Source: Chromatiales bacterium
Lineage (GTDB): Bacteria > Pseudomonadota > Gammaproteobacteria > CAMYNG01
Reading direction: 5' to 3'
Assembly: GCA_027005735.1 (NCBI GenBank)
Contig: JALTLF010000218.1
Location: forward strand, 22,935 to 86,934
Length of the DNA: 64,000 bases
Shown: piece after piece, positions 23,714 through 33,553 of the stretch
Layout: each line of letters begins with the position of its first letter
Numbering within the stretch: the first letter of the stretch is position 1
Notes under the pieces: model-generated
Database searches by the model: none
Told to the model about the DNA's origin: nothing
The model's input: the letters and a program-made list of their open reading frames with translations, nothing else
Translations under genes and position numbers: made by a program

Positions 23714-23717
<4 letters not shown>
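23343..23717 (+). CDS. crcB: Fluoride ion channel CrcB/FluC
   Basis: 124-aa, 4-TM protein with GxxGGxxR-like N-terminus ([12 protein letters not shown]), TLMVNVTGS and FTTFSTFS motifs. Its ATG overlaps the rarA stop, so there is no room for a fluoride riboswitch. Confidence 0.85.
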
Positions 23718-25350
<1,633 letters not shown>

Positions 25351-25369
25351 AGGGAAGAAAGTGCGTGCT

Positions 25370-25552
25370 TCAGCGCACTGACATGATCAGGAAGATCACG
25401 AACAACACCACCAGCCCGATGGGGATGAGCAGGGCCTGCCAGTCACCCTGTTTGGCCTTTGGGCTGTGCTTGACCATCTGCCTGGCGCGCGGCAGGAGAA
25501 AGATGATCATGGCGCCAATCAGGATCGCCGAGCCGATCTTGAACCAGTCCAT
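25370..25552 (-). CDS. Hypothetical small membrane protein (60 aa, two TM helices)
   Basis: MDWFKIGSAILIGAMIIFLLPRARQ...LLIPIGLVVLFVIFLIMSVR. A GGAGGGG Shine-Dalgarno lies 9 nt upstream. Convergent with serS. Confidence 0.5.
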   Translation of the reverse strand: MDWFKIGSAILIGAMIIFLLPRARQMVKHSPKAKQGDWQALLIPIGLVVLFVIFLIMSVR

Positions 25553-25574
25553 ATCCGGATCCCCTCCACGGTAG

Positions 25575-25606
25575 AAAAAGAAAAGCCCCGTAGTCGGGGC
25601 TTTTCC
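25575..25606 (-). terminator. Rho-independent terminator downstream of the BI-1/YccA gene
   Basis: On the minus strand GGAAAAGCCCCG-ACTA-CGGGGCTTTTCTTTTT: GC stem plus a U-run. Confidence 0.6.
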
Positions 25607-25626
25607 TCGGTTCCTGTGCTGCTGCC

Positions 25627-26298
25627 TTAGTCGTCGCCGCTCAGCGCGCCCAGCAGGTTCAACAGATGAATGAAGATGTTGAAGATGTCGAGATACAGGG
25701 CCACCGTGGCCATGATGTAGTTGGTCTCCCCGCCATTGATGATGCGGCTGGTGTCATACAGGATGAAACCGCTGAAGAGCAGGATGACGGCGGCGGAAAT
25801 GGCCAGCGAGAGGGCCGGGATGGCAAAGAAGATATTGCCCAGCGCGGCAAAGAGGATCACCAGCAGCCCCACGAACAGCATGCCACCAAGGAAGCTGAAG
25901 TCGCGCCTGGTGGTCAGGGCATAGCCCGACAGGCCCAGGAAGATCACCCCGGTGCCGCCCAGGGCGGTCATGATCAGCTGGGCGCCATTGGACAGGGCCA
26001 GGTACTGAGTGAGGATGGGGCCCAGCGAGAAGCCCAGCAGGCCGGTAATGGCAAACACCACCCCGATGCCGGCGCTGGAATTGGCGGTGCGCGGTAGCAC
26101 CAGCCAGATGAGCAGGAAGGCACCACCGACAGACAGCAGGTAGGTTCCCGGTCCGGTTTCCACGTACATGGAGACGGCGGCCATCAGGGCGCTGAACAGC
26201 AGTGTCATGGACAGCAGGCTGTAGGTGTTGCGCAGCACCTTGTTGGTGGCCAGCACCGATTCGGCGCTACGGCTGACGGCCGGTTGGTTAAATGCCAT
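25627..26298 (-). CDS. Bax-inhibitor-1/YccA family (TMBIM) membrane protein
   Basis: Seven predicted TM helices; the family signature C-terminus (ATVALYLDIFNIFIHLLNLLG) is present. Start at MAFNQP inside ORF 25627..26349. As in E. coli, it sits next to a tRNA-Ser gene (yccA-serT). Confidence 0.8.
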   Translation of the reverse strand: MAFNQPAVSRSAESVLATNKVLRNTYSLLSMTLLFSALMAAVSMYVETGPGTYLLSVGGAFLLIWLVLPRTANSSAGIGVVFAITGLLGFSLGPILTQYLALSNGAQLIMTALGGTGVIFLGLSGYALTTRRDFSFLGGMLFVGLLVILFAALGNIFFAIPALSLAISAAVILLFSGFILYDTSRIINGGETNYIMATVALYLDIFNIFIHLLNLLGALSGDD

Positions 26299-26621
26299 GG
26301 TTGGTATCCTCCTGATTCTCTGGATATAAATTACTAATTGCCTGGACACAGCATACCGGAACAGTTCCCGATATCAAGTAACAACATGGGGTCGGACGCC
26401 GCAAATTCAAACTGGCCAGCCCGCCCCCTTTTTGGGTATGCTTCGCCCCATTGTGCGTCGCCGGGCGAGCGGGGGCAAGGGCCGGACGTTTCGAAAAATC
26501 CGTAGCCGCCTCTCGGAAAAAACTGAAAAAAATCAGTCTGTTACCTTTTCTATATACGCCGCACGCGGGGGTATCGCTGGGATACTGCATACACCGGGCC
26601 GGGGCGGCGACGCGACAATCT

Positions 26622-26709
26622 GGAGAGCTGGCTGAGTGGTCGAAAGCGGCGGTCTTGAAAACCGTTGACCGGCGACGGTCCGGGGGTTCGAATCCCTCGC
26701 TCTCCGCCA
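26622..26709 (+). tRNA. serT: tRNA-Ser (anticodon UGA), type II tRNA with long variable arm, CCA encoded
   Basis: GGAGAGCTGGCTGAGTGGTCGAAAGCGGCGGTCTTGAAAACCGTTGACCGGCGACGGTCCGGGGGTTCGAATCCCTCGCTCTCCGCCA. Acceptor stem GGAGAGC/GCTCTCC, anticodon loop CU-UGA-AA, long variable arm, T-loop GGTTCGAATCC. Closely parallels E. coli serT. Confidence 0.9.
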
Positions 26710-26714
26710 CACAC

Positions 26715-26746
26715 GAAAGGCCCCTTCGGGGGCCTTTCGTGTTTGT
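26715..26746 (+). terminator. Rho-independent terminator after tRNA-Ser
   Basis: GAAAGGCCCC-TTCG-GGGGCCTTTC followed by GTGTTTGTGG. Confidence 0.7.
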
Positions 26747-27142
26747 GGAAAGGGGTCGATGACTCGCTGGACAGCGGATCTTCCCGAAGATAGTTGAACC
26801 CACTGCCCTCTCGGGTTTCGCACAAAGATAATCGGCCTGCAACCCCAGGCTGGGACTCAGGCGTTAGCAAGTCCGACGCCGGGGTGGTGCCGACTGGTGT
26901 TCGATATGCTCAAGAAATACGCACAGCGGGCCGAAACTTCATGCTGTCGGCACCGCAACAGGGCGCATTACAAGAGGATGCGGTCAAAATCTGACCATAT
27001 TACGGCCCATGCAGGCCTGCCGTGGAAAGGGTGTAGCACACCCCGATTGGCAGTTTGCGGTCTTTTGTGGGAGATTATGGCGTGCGTGCCCCGGGCAGGA
27101 AACCGGGTATGACGAGAAGAACAAGCCGGAGAAGAGCAGGCG

Positions 27143-27538
27143 ATGTCGCGGATCAAGATCTACAGGCTCGGTCGCAACAGCAGTAATGATTATGTCATCA
27201 ACGACGACACGGTCTCGCGTTCACACGCGGAATACATCGTCTGTGATGATGGCCGCCTGTACGTAACCGATTGTCACAGTACCAGTGGCACCTTCGTTTT
27301 CCGCGGTGAGACCTGGCAGAAGATCCGCCAGGACTTCGTGGCCCCCGATGAGAAGCTGCGCTTCGGCGAGGCCGAGGTGAGCCCCGTGGAACTGGCATCT
27401 CGCGCAAAGGCCAGTGGACCCACGGCGGCAACCGTGGCCCCGCAGGCCGGCGAGAGTGAAAAGCTTTCCGAAGCACCGGAGGCGGGCACCGGTTTCGTGC
27501 GCAATCCCGAAACGGGCGAAATCATTTCCAAACAATAA
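27143..27538 (+). CDS. FHA-domain protein (small, N-terminal FHA, disordered C-tail)
   Basis: YRLGRNSSNDYVINDDTVSRSHAEYIVCDDGRLYVTDCHSTSGTFV has the FHA hallmarks (GR, SRxH, S-x-NGT-like TSGTFV). Confidence 0.8.
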   Translation: MSRIKIYRLGRNSSNDYVINDDTVSRSHAEYIVCDDGRLYVTDCHSTSGTFVFRGETWQKIRQDFVAPDEKLRFGEAEVSPVELASRAKASGPTAATVAPQAGESEKLSEAPEAGTGFVRNPETGEIISKQ

Positions 27539-27558
27539 CACGAGACAATAATCAGGAA

Positions 27559-28314
27559 ATGGGAAATCGCACCACCGTATTACTGGTCAGCTCGGGTGCC
27601 GGCCTTGTTTTCATTCTGCTGCTCAGCCTGGTCCTCGACAGCGGTTTCTTTGCCGATTTTCTCCTCGATCGAAACACGAGCTGGGCGCCGTACCCGTTCA
27701 CCATCCAGAATGTCATGTGGCTGGTATTCTTCTTTGGCCTGGGCGAACTGTATCTTCGCCACGAGAGCGGCAGCGATGACCTGCGGCAGATTTCGCTGGG
27801 TCTCCTGCCCGAGGACGAAACCAGTCTCCTGCGCCCGAAAGACCTGCCGGCACTCTACCGCAAGGTACGCCAGTCCGATCCGGACAGGCGGCATTTTTTA
27901 CAACGCATGTTGACGCGCTGTATCCTGCAGTTTCAGAGCAGTAATTCCGTGGACCAGGCAAATACCCTGTTCAATTCCAGCCTCGAGCTGTACCAGCACG
28001 AGGTGGAGCTGCGCTATAACATGTTGCGCTATATCGTCTGGCTCATCCCGACCCTGGGGTTCATCGGCACGGTTGTGGGGATCGCGCTCGCCCTCAGTGA
28101 TGCCGGCGCGGCAAAGGATTTCCAGGATCCGGAACTGCTCAAGGTCCTGACCAGGAGCCTGGGCGTGGCGTTTTATACTACCTTGCTGGCGCTGATGATG
28201 TCGGCGGTGCTGGTATTTCTCATGCACGTGATCGAAGGCCGGGAAGAACGCGTGTTGAATACGGTTGGTCAATATACGCTCGATAACCTGATCAACCGGC
28301 TCTATGAAAAATAA
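27559..28314 (+). CDS. MotA/TolQ/ExbB-like proton-channel family membrane protein (orphan, no ExbD/TolR/MotB partner)
   Basis: Topology is an N-terminal TM pair, a cytoplasmic loop, then two C-terminal TMs. WLIPTLGFIGTVVGIALAL matches the conserved LGLLGTVxG channel helix of ExbB/TolQ, followed by a second amphipathic TM (LGVAFYTTLLALMMSAVLVFL). Confidence 0.55.
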   Translation: MGNRTTVLLVSSGAGLVFILLLSLVLDSGFFADFLLDRNTSWAPYPFTIQNVMWLVFFFGLGELYLRHESGSDDLRQISLGLLPEDETSLLRPKDLPALYRKVRQSDPDRRHFLQRMLTRCILQFQSSNSVDQANTLFNSSLELYQHEVELRYNMLRYIVWLIPTLGFIGTVVGIALALSDAGAAKDFQDPELLKVLTRSLGVAFYTTLLALMMSAVLVFLMHVIEGREERVLNTVGQYTLDNLINRLYEK

Positions 28315-28409
28315 ATGATCCCCCGGAATCGGTGGCAGGGAACCGACCGCAGCTCGATGCCGCGCCACCGCAGGGCTTGAACCACCAAAGCAGAACAGGC
28401 AGGTAAACC

Positions 28410-29003
28410 ATGAGTGACTCTGACTACGATTCACCTACCCGCAAGGTAGGATCTCCGACACGGCGCAATACGGTCAAATCGGGTGACGCGGGCGCCACCC
28501 GTCCGGCAGGAAGAGGTGGCGCCGCTGATAGCGGTGAGACAAAGACCCAGATCTATCGGCCGGGGCGTCGGCGGGATGCCGATGCCGACACCCAGTCCAA
28601 CCCCACCGGCAGTAGCGCGCGTCGCGCCGCCGCCTCCGCCATGGACGATCCCCCCGCGGGCTGGCTGGTGGTCATCAGGGGACCGGGGATGGGCAGTGTC
28701 GTGACCATCGGCATAGGCAGCAATTCCATCGGCCGGGATGCCAGCGAACGCATCAGCCTGGACTTCGGCGATGAGACCATTTCCCGTGAAGGCCATGCCA
28801 TCGTAACCTACGATCCGCGTGGCAAGAAGTTCTATATCCAGCATGGGGGCGGCAAGAACCTGACCTATCTCAACAACGAACCCGTGCTGGCCCCCGCCGA
28901 ACTGGAAGCGGGTGCGGAGATCGTCATCGGGGAGACTGCGCTGCGCTTCATGCCGCTGTGTGGGCCCGACTTCAACTGGGAAGATCTCGAGACGGATCGG
29001 TAA
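28410..29003 (+). CDS. FHA-domain protein (disordered Arg/Ser/Thr-rich N-terminus, C-terminal FHA)
   Basis: WLVVIRGPGMGSVVTIGIGSNSIGRDASERISLDFGDETISREGHAIVTYD...GGKNLTYLNNEPV is an FHA core. Confidence 0.8.
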   Translation: MSDSDYDSPTRKVGSPTRRNTVKSGDAGATRPAGRGGAADSGETKTQIYRPGRRRDADADTQSNPTGSSARRAAASAMDDPPAGWLVVIRGPGMGSVVTIGIGSNSIGRDASERISLDFGDETISREGHAIVTYDPRGKKFYIQHGGGKNLTYLNNEPVLAPAELEAGAEIVIGETALRFMPLCGPDFNWEDLETDR

Positions 29004-29025
29004 GGACAGCAAAGAAAGCGAGCGC

Positions 29026-29769
29026 ATGTTTCAGGTTAAAGGCGATCAAATCATCGGCGCCCGGACGCGCCAGGAAGACAGTTTTCGCATTGAACAACTG
29101 GATACCACGGCACAGCACCTCATGGTCATCACTGACGGCATGGGTGGTCATGCAGGTGGCGCGCAGGCAAGCCGCATCGTGGCAGACAGCTTCGTCGATG
29201 CATGGCTTGGTGGAGAAGGTACAACGGTGGATCGCCTGCACGATGCGCTGTTTTACGCCAACGACCAGGTGGCCCGGGCGATAGAAGACGATCCGGAGCT
29301 GGTCGACATGGGAACGACCCTGCTGGCCTGTGTGCTGGATGGCAGTGAGTTGTCCTGGGTCAGCGTGGGTGATTCCATACTGTGGGTTTACCGTGACGGT
29401 AAGCTGCTGCGCATCAACGACGATCACTCCATGGCCCCGGTAATCGATGGCCTGGTGGAAATCGGTCGCATGACACCCGAAGAGGCCGCCAGTGACCCCA
29501 GGCGGAACCAGTTGCGTTCAGTAGTGACGGGTGAGGACATACCGCTCATCGATATCAGCAAGACGCCTCTCGTGCTGGAGGACGCTGATATCCTGCTGCT
29601 CGCCACGGACGGCATCCTCACATTGGGTGAGGACGAAATTATTTCCGTGCTGCGGGATAGCCGCCCAGCGGGACCCGAGGCATGCGCCGGAGCGATTTTC
29701 GCCGCCATTGAATCACATGCGGAGCCACAGCAGGACAATACGACCCTGATAGTTGCTTCGCAAGACTGA
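29026..29769 (+). CDS. PP2C-family Ser/Thr protein phosphatase
   Basis: RQEDSF...VITDGMGGHAGG, LLATDGI and the C-terminal DNTTLIV are metal-binding motifs of bacterial PP2C (Stp/PppA-like). Start at the internal ATG of ORF 28912..29769. Confidence 0.85.
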   Translation: MFQVKGDQIIGARTRQEDSFRIEQLDTTAQHLMVITDGMGGHAGGAQASRIVADSFVDAWLGGEGTTVDRLHDALFYANDQVARAIEDDPELVDMGTTLLACVLDGSELSWVSVGDSILWVYRDGKLLRINDDHSMAPVIDGLVEIGRMTPEEAASDPRRNQLRSVVTGEDIPLIDISKTPLVLEDADILLLATDGILTLGEDEIISVLRDSRPAGPEACAGAIFAAIESHAEPQQDNTTLIVASQD

Positions 29770-29814
29770 ACTACGAGCTCCGGCCGACGCCGGTGAGTCA
29801 ACGCAGGAAAAAGA

Positions 29815-31299
29815 ATGAAAACATCCATCCTGAAGAAGATCCTTGTTTCGACCCTGATCATCCTCTCGTGCCTTGTGCCGATATCGTTCGCCGCCGCGGA
29901 TGCCATTCTCGACCAGACAGGAAAGGCCCTGGTCCGGATCCATGTTCTGCATGGCGGCAAGGTAGAGAGTGAGCAGATCGGTTTCATCATCAACAATGAA
30001 ACGGGTCATGTGGCAACCTACTCAGGCAGCCTGGGCAAGGACAGCACGGTCAGCATTACCACCGCCAGCAACCATGAACTCAAGGCAGAGGTCGTCTTGC
30101 TGCGCCCCGAGGAGGGCGTGGCCATCTTGCGCACCAATCTCGCCGGGATGGATGTGGACTCCGTCCTGTTTGCAAAGGATCCCCTCGAAGATGGACGTAC
30201 GGTGGCAACAGCGGTTCTTTCCGGTAGTGCGCCGGACACGGAGATCGGTATACGCCGCGGCAGTGTCGGGCAAATGGTGCCGGCGGTGGGCACTGGCAAG
30301 CCGGTGCTCATTCAGCACAACGCGCTGGCAAATACCCGCAGCTTTGGCGCGCCGCTGTTCAACAACTGTGGTGAAGTTGGCGGCCTGCTGATACCGGAAA
30401 AACGCGCGCTGACGGCCATTTTCGGCGTGCCCGATGCACAGGAAGAGGGCGTTGCCTACGCGATAAGTGGCGAATGGTTGAAGAATCTCCTGCTGGCGAA
30501 CGATATTCCGTATTACACCGCGGAAGAGACCTGTGCCAGCGAGATCGAGCAGGTCGCCCAGGCCGAGGGGGATGTGGAGCGGGCCGAGGAAGAGATCCGC
30601 GCCGCCAACGAACGCCTGGACGAACTGCGGCGCCAGCTCGAAGAGGCCGGACAGGCCAGCGCCGAGGAGCGGGCGCGCCTGCAGGACGAAATAAAGAAGG
30701 CCGAAGCCTCGGTACAGGCGCTGAAGAAGAAGCAGAAAGAGCTCGAGGCGCAGGCGGCGGAGCTGGCCGAGCGGGCCGAGGCCGTGCGCAAACGCGAGCG
30801 GCAGGTGACCATCGCCGCCGCCGTCGTTGTTGCCATCCTGTTACTGCTGGTTTTACTCGCATGGCGGCGCAAGCGCCGTGCCCTGCGGGAGAAACAGGCG
30901 GCGGAGCGGGCACGCCGGGAAACGGAAGGGGAGCTGGAAAAGAAACTGGCAGAAGAGGCCATGTTGAAGGAGATCCCCGACGTGCTGCTCGAAGCGGAGT
31001 CACCGGACGGGGAGAAATTTGCAGTCAAGATCCCGGGGCCCAATCTTGGCGGCGCGGAAGGGGCGACAGTAGGTCGCAATCCCGAGATGAGTAATTTCGT
31101 CATCAATCATCCCGATGTGTCCCGCACGCATTTCCGCCTGCTGTCAGTACGCAAGCAACTTCTGATCGAAGACCTGGGATCGACCAATGGTACCAGCATC
31201 AACGGCATCCTGCTTGGTGAAGGCGAACTGGAAGCGGTCATGAATGGCACCGTTATCAGGATCGGGGACCTGCGCATCAAGGTGACGATAAAACAATGA
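29815..31299 (+). CDS. Signal peptide / degenerate trypsin-like (S1) domain / periplasmic coiled coil / TM helix / cytoplasmic FHA domain
   Basis: Cleavable N-terminal signal peptide and an S1-like fold. Compared with the downstream paralogue the catalytic positions are altered (EGVAILRT in place of IDVALLRT; RSFGAPLF in place of GNSGGPLF). Heptad-rich EIEQVAQAEGDVERAEEEIRAANERLDELRRQLEEAG..., TM IAAAVVVAILLLLVLLAW, C-terminal FHA (ATVGRNPEMSNFVINHPDVSRTHFRLL...GSTNGTSINGILL). Confidence 0.75.
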   Translation: MKTSILKKILVSTLIILSCLVPISFAAADAILDQTGKALVRIHVLHGGKVESEQIGFIINNETGHVATYSGSLGKDSTVSITTASNHELKAEVVLLRPEEGVAILRTNLAGMDVDSVLFAKDPLEDGRTVATAVLSGSAPDTEIGIRRGSVGQMVPAVGTGKPVLIQHNALANTRSFGAPLFNNCGEVGGLLIPEKRALTAIFGVPDAQEEGVAYAISGEWLKNLLLANDIPYYTAEETCASEIEQVAQAEGDVERAEEEIRAANERLDELRRQLEEAGQASAEERARLQDEIKKAEASVQALKKKQKELEAQAAELAERAEAVRKRERQVTIAAAVVVAILLLLVLLAWRRKRRALREKQAAERARRETEGELEKKLAEEAMLKEIPDVLLEAESPDGEKFAVKIPGPNLGGAEGATVGRNPEMSNFVINHPDVSRTHFRLLSVRKQLLIEDLGSTNGTSINGILLGEGELEAVMNGTVIRIGDLRIKVTIKQ

Positions 31300-31318
31300 A
31301 TCACAGTGGAACTGGATA

Positions 31319-32638
31319 ATGTCTGAGAAACTCATGCGGCGCTCCCTGCTTCTCGGGGCTTGTCTCCTGTGTCTGCTGCTGGTGCCAGCGAGTGTGCTTG
31401 CGCGGCAGTTCGACGTGGTCAAGCTTGAGAAGAGCGTGGTTCGTGTCATCACCAACAACGGGACCGGCACCGGTTTTGTCATCAACAAGGATGGCTATGT
31501 TCTCACCAATCACCACGTCATCGAAGGCGCCTCACGTTTTGTCGTGATGTCAAGTTACCTGGCACAACCGGTCGAGGCCGAGGTGGTGTTTTTCGATCGC
31601 CAGATCGACGTCGCGCTTCTTCGTACCCGCGGTCTCAATCTGCCGCCGGTAACACTGACCACCGTGACACCGGAAAAGAGCGACCAGGTTTTCGCGTTCG
31701 GTTTCCCCGGTCTCGCCGACTACGGCTCCTGGGAAGAGATTGAAGGCATTGCCCTGGATGTCACCATTACCGATGGCGTCCTGAGCCGCATTTTTGATCA
31801 GCCCTGGGCGGGAAATTCCACGGTGATCACCATTCTCCAGCACAACGCCCAGATCAATCCGGGCAACAGCGGTGGCCCGCTGTTCGATCTATGCGGGCGC
31901 GTGATCGGTATCAATACCCAGCAGGGTGTCGGCGGCCAGGGGATTTTCTGGGCCTCGCACATCAAGGAGGCAATGGGCCTGCTGAAGCAGAAGAACATCC
32001 GTTTCAAGGTCACCAGCAAGCCCTGCAAGGAAGTGACGCCGGCCGCGCCACCTCCGCCGCCGGCACCGGCGCCGAAGGTGATTGTGCCTCCGCAGTCGCG
32101 TTACACCCCCTGGCTGGTGGCGCTTTCCATTCTCGTTGCCACCGCGGCACTGTTGCTGGCGCTCAGAAAGCCGCGCGAGCGCATCGTGGAAGTGACCAAG
32201 CGCTACGCGAGTGGTATCACGCGGCGCATTACCGGGGCAAGGAAAGACACGCAAAGCGAGGGGGGCGCCACTGTCAGGGCAGGTGCAGGCGGGAAGAGCC
32301 AGGGGAAAAAGGCTGGCAGGACGGGCTTGTTGCTTTCCGGGTTTACCAGCGGGGGCAAGCCAATACGCGTCGAGATCACCGATCAGCAACTCGCCGGTCT
32401 GGGGTTCAGTCTGGGGCGTCATCCCAACCTGGTGGACTTCGTTATCGCCGACGACTCCCTGTCACGGCGTCATTTGCGCATCAGCGGGGGACATGGGCGC
32501 TACTACGTGGAAGACCTCAACTCCAGCAACGGGGTATTGATCAACGGCAAGCCGGCGAAACCCTTCGCCAGGGTCGAGATTGTGCCGGGTGACAGGCTGA
32601 CGCTGGGAGACGTGGAAATCGATGTGTCCCGGATTTAA
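31319..32638 (+). CDS. Signal peptide / HtrA- or trypsin-like serine protease (intact triad) / TM helix / cytoplasmic FHA domain
   Basis: Catalytic His (GTGFVINKDGYVLTNHHVIEGA), Asp (IDVALLRT) and Ser (INPGNSGGPLFD) are all present. Pro-rich linker, TM WLVALSILVATAALLLAL, C-terminal FHA (FSLGRHPNLVDFVIADDSLSRRHLRI...SSNGVLINGKP). Confidence 0.8.
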   Translation: MSEKLMRRSLLLGACLLCLLLVPASVLARQFDVVKLEKSVVRVITNNGTGTGFVINKDGYVLTNHHVIEGASRFVVMSSYLAQPVEAEVVFFDRQIDVALLRTRGLNLPPVTLTTVTPEKSDQVFAFGFPGLADYGSWEEIEGIALDVTITDGVLSRIFDQPWAGNSTVITILQHNAQINPGNSGGPLFDLCGRVIGINTQQGVGGQGIFWASHIKEAMGLLKQKNIRFKVTSKPCKEVTPAAPPPPPAPAPKVIVPPQSRYTPWLVALSILVATAALLLALRKPRERIVEVTKRYASGITRRITGARKDTQSEGGATVRAGAGGKSQGKKAGRTGLLLSGFTSGGKPIRVEITDQQLAGLGFSLGRHPNLVDFVIADDSLSRRHLRISGGHGRYYVEDLNSSNGVLINGKPAKPFARVEIVPGDRLTLGDVEIDVSRI

Positions 32639-32689
32639 GCGCCTGGCACGGCGTTTGCCGGTGTCCGTCTCCGTGTCAGGACGCCAGCC

Positions 32690-33511
32690 GTGAGACGCCG
32701 CAACCGGGAGATCAATATCTTCAACGTTTCGGCGCTGGACCTGTTTGCCTCGGCGCTGGGGGCCTTCATACTCATCACGGTGGTCCTGTTCCCCTACTTT
32801 CCAAATACGGGAGACTCGCCGGAGCGGGTGGCGACCTGCAAGCAGGCCCTGCAGGAATGCCGCAAGGAAAAACAGCGTCTCGAACGGGAACTGGCCAGGG
32901 CACAATTCCCCCATCTCGACCTTGTCATTGCCCTGGATGTCACCGGCAGCATGAAAGAACAGATCGACGGTCTGAAGTCGGAACTACAGCAACTGACCAT
33001 GGTGCTGGGAAAACTGGCCCCTTCCCTCGGTATTGGCGTGGTTGCCTTTGGCGACCGAAAATGGGAACAACCCATCTTCACCTATCGTCTCAGGGAGGTT
33101 GGCGGCTCCCCTGCCAATTTCCGGGATCTGCAGCGATTCATCGATGGCCTGGCACCCAACATGGGCCTGGGTTCGGGGGATAACGATGATTACCCCGAAG
33201 CCGTTGCGCGCGCGTTAGATGAAGCCATAGCGATGCCGTGGCGGGCGCAGGCAAAGAAACGGATCATTGTCGTCATCACCGACAATCCGGCCTACCCGGA
33301 AAGGATTAGCTATTCTTTACGAAGGGCAGAGGAATTTGCGCGTACACCGGGACAACAGGTGTCCACCGTTCTGGTGATTTCGCAAAATGATCCCGAAATC
33401 TATGGGCCGGCACGGGAATTTTTGGCTAAACTGGCCCGTAAGGGGAAAGGAGAAGCCGTCAAGGCCGGCGGCTCCATGACTGCGGCACTGCTGTTGGCAT
33501 TGCTGGGATAA
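32690..33511 (+). CDS. Membrane-anchored periplasmic von Willebrand factor A (vWA) domain protein
   Basis: Basic N-terminus, TM LFASALGAFILITVVLFPYF, then LVIALDVTGSM (MIDAS DxSxS-type motif) and a Rossmann-like vWA fold (IGVVAFGD..., IIVVITDNPA). Confidence 0.75.
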   Translation: MRRRNREINIFNVSALDLFASALGAFILITVVLFPYFPNTGDSPERVATCKQALQECRKEKQRLERELARAQFPHLDLVIALDVTGSMKEQIDGLKSELQQLTMVLGKLAPSLGIGVVAFGDRKWEQPIFTYRLREVGGSPANFRDLQRFIDGLAPNMGLGSGDNDDYPEAVARALDEAIAMPWRAQAKKRIIVVITDNPAYPERISYSLRRAEEFARTPGQQVSTVLVISQNDPEIYGPAREFLAKLARKGKGEAVKAGGSMTAALLLALLG

Positions 33512-33553
33512 TTTGACTACCGAGGCACATCAAACCAGAAGCAGGAAATAACG

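Noticed and set aside
25351-25369. Short hairpin AGTGCG-TGCTTCA-CGCACT between serS and the small membrane-protein gene as a bidirectional terminator
   Set aside because: Only a 5-6-bp stem with no flanking U/A runs; too weak to call.
26288-26842. 184-aa ORF spanning the yccA start, the tRNA-Ser gene and its terminator
   Set aside because: It runs through a canonical tRNA and a rho-independent terminator, and has poor codon bias.
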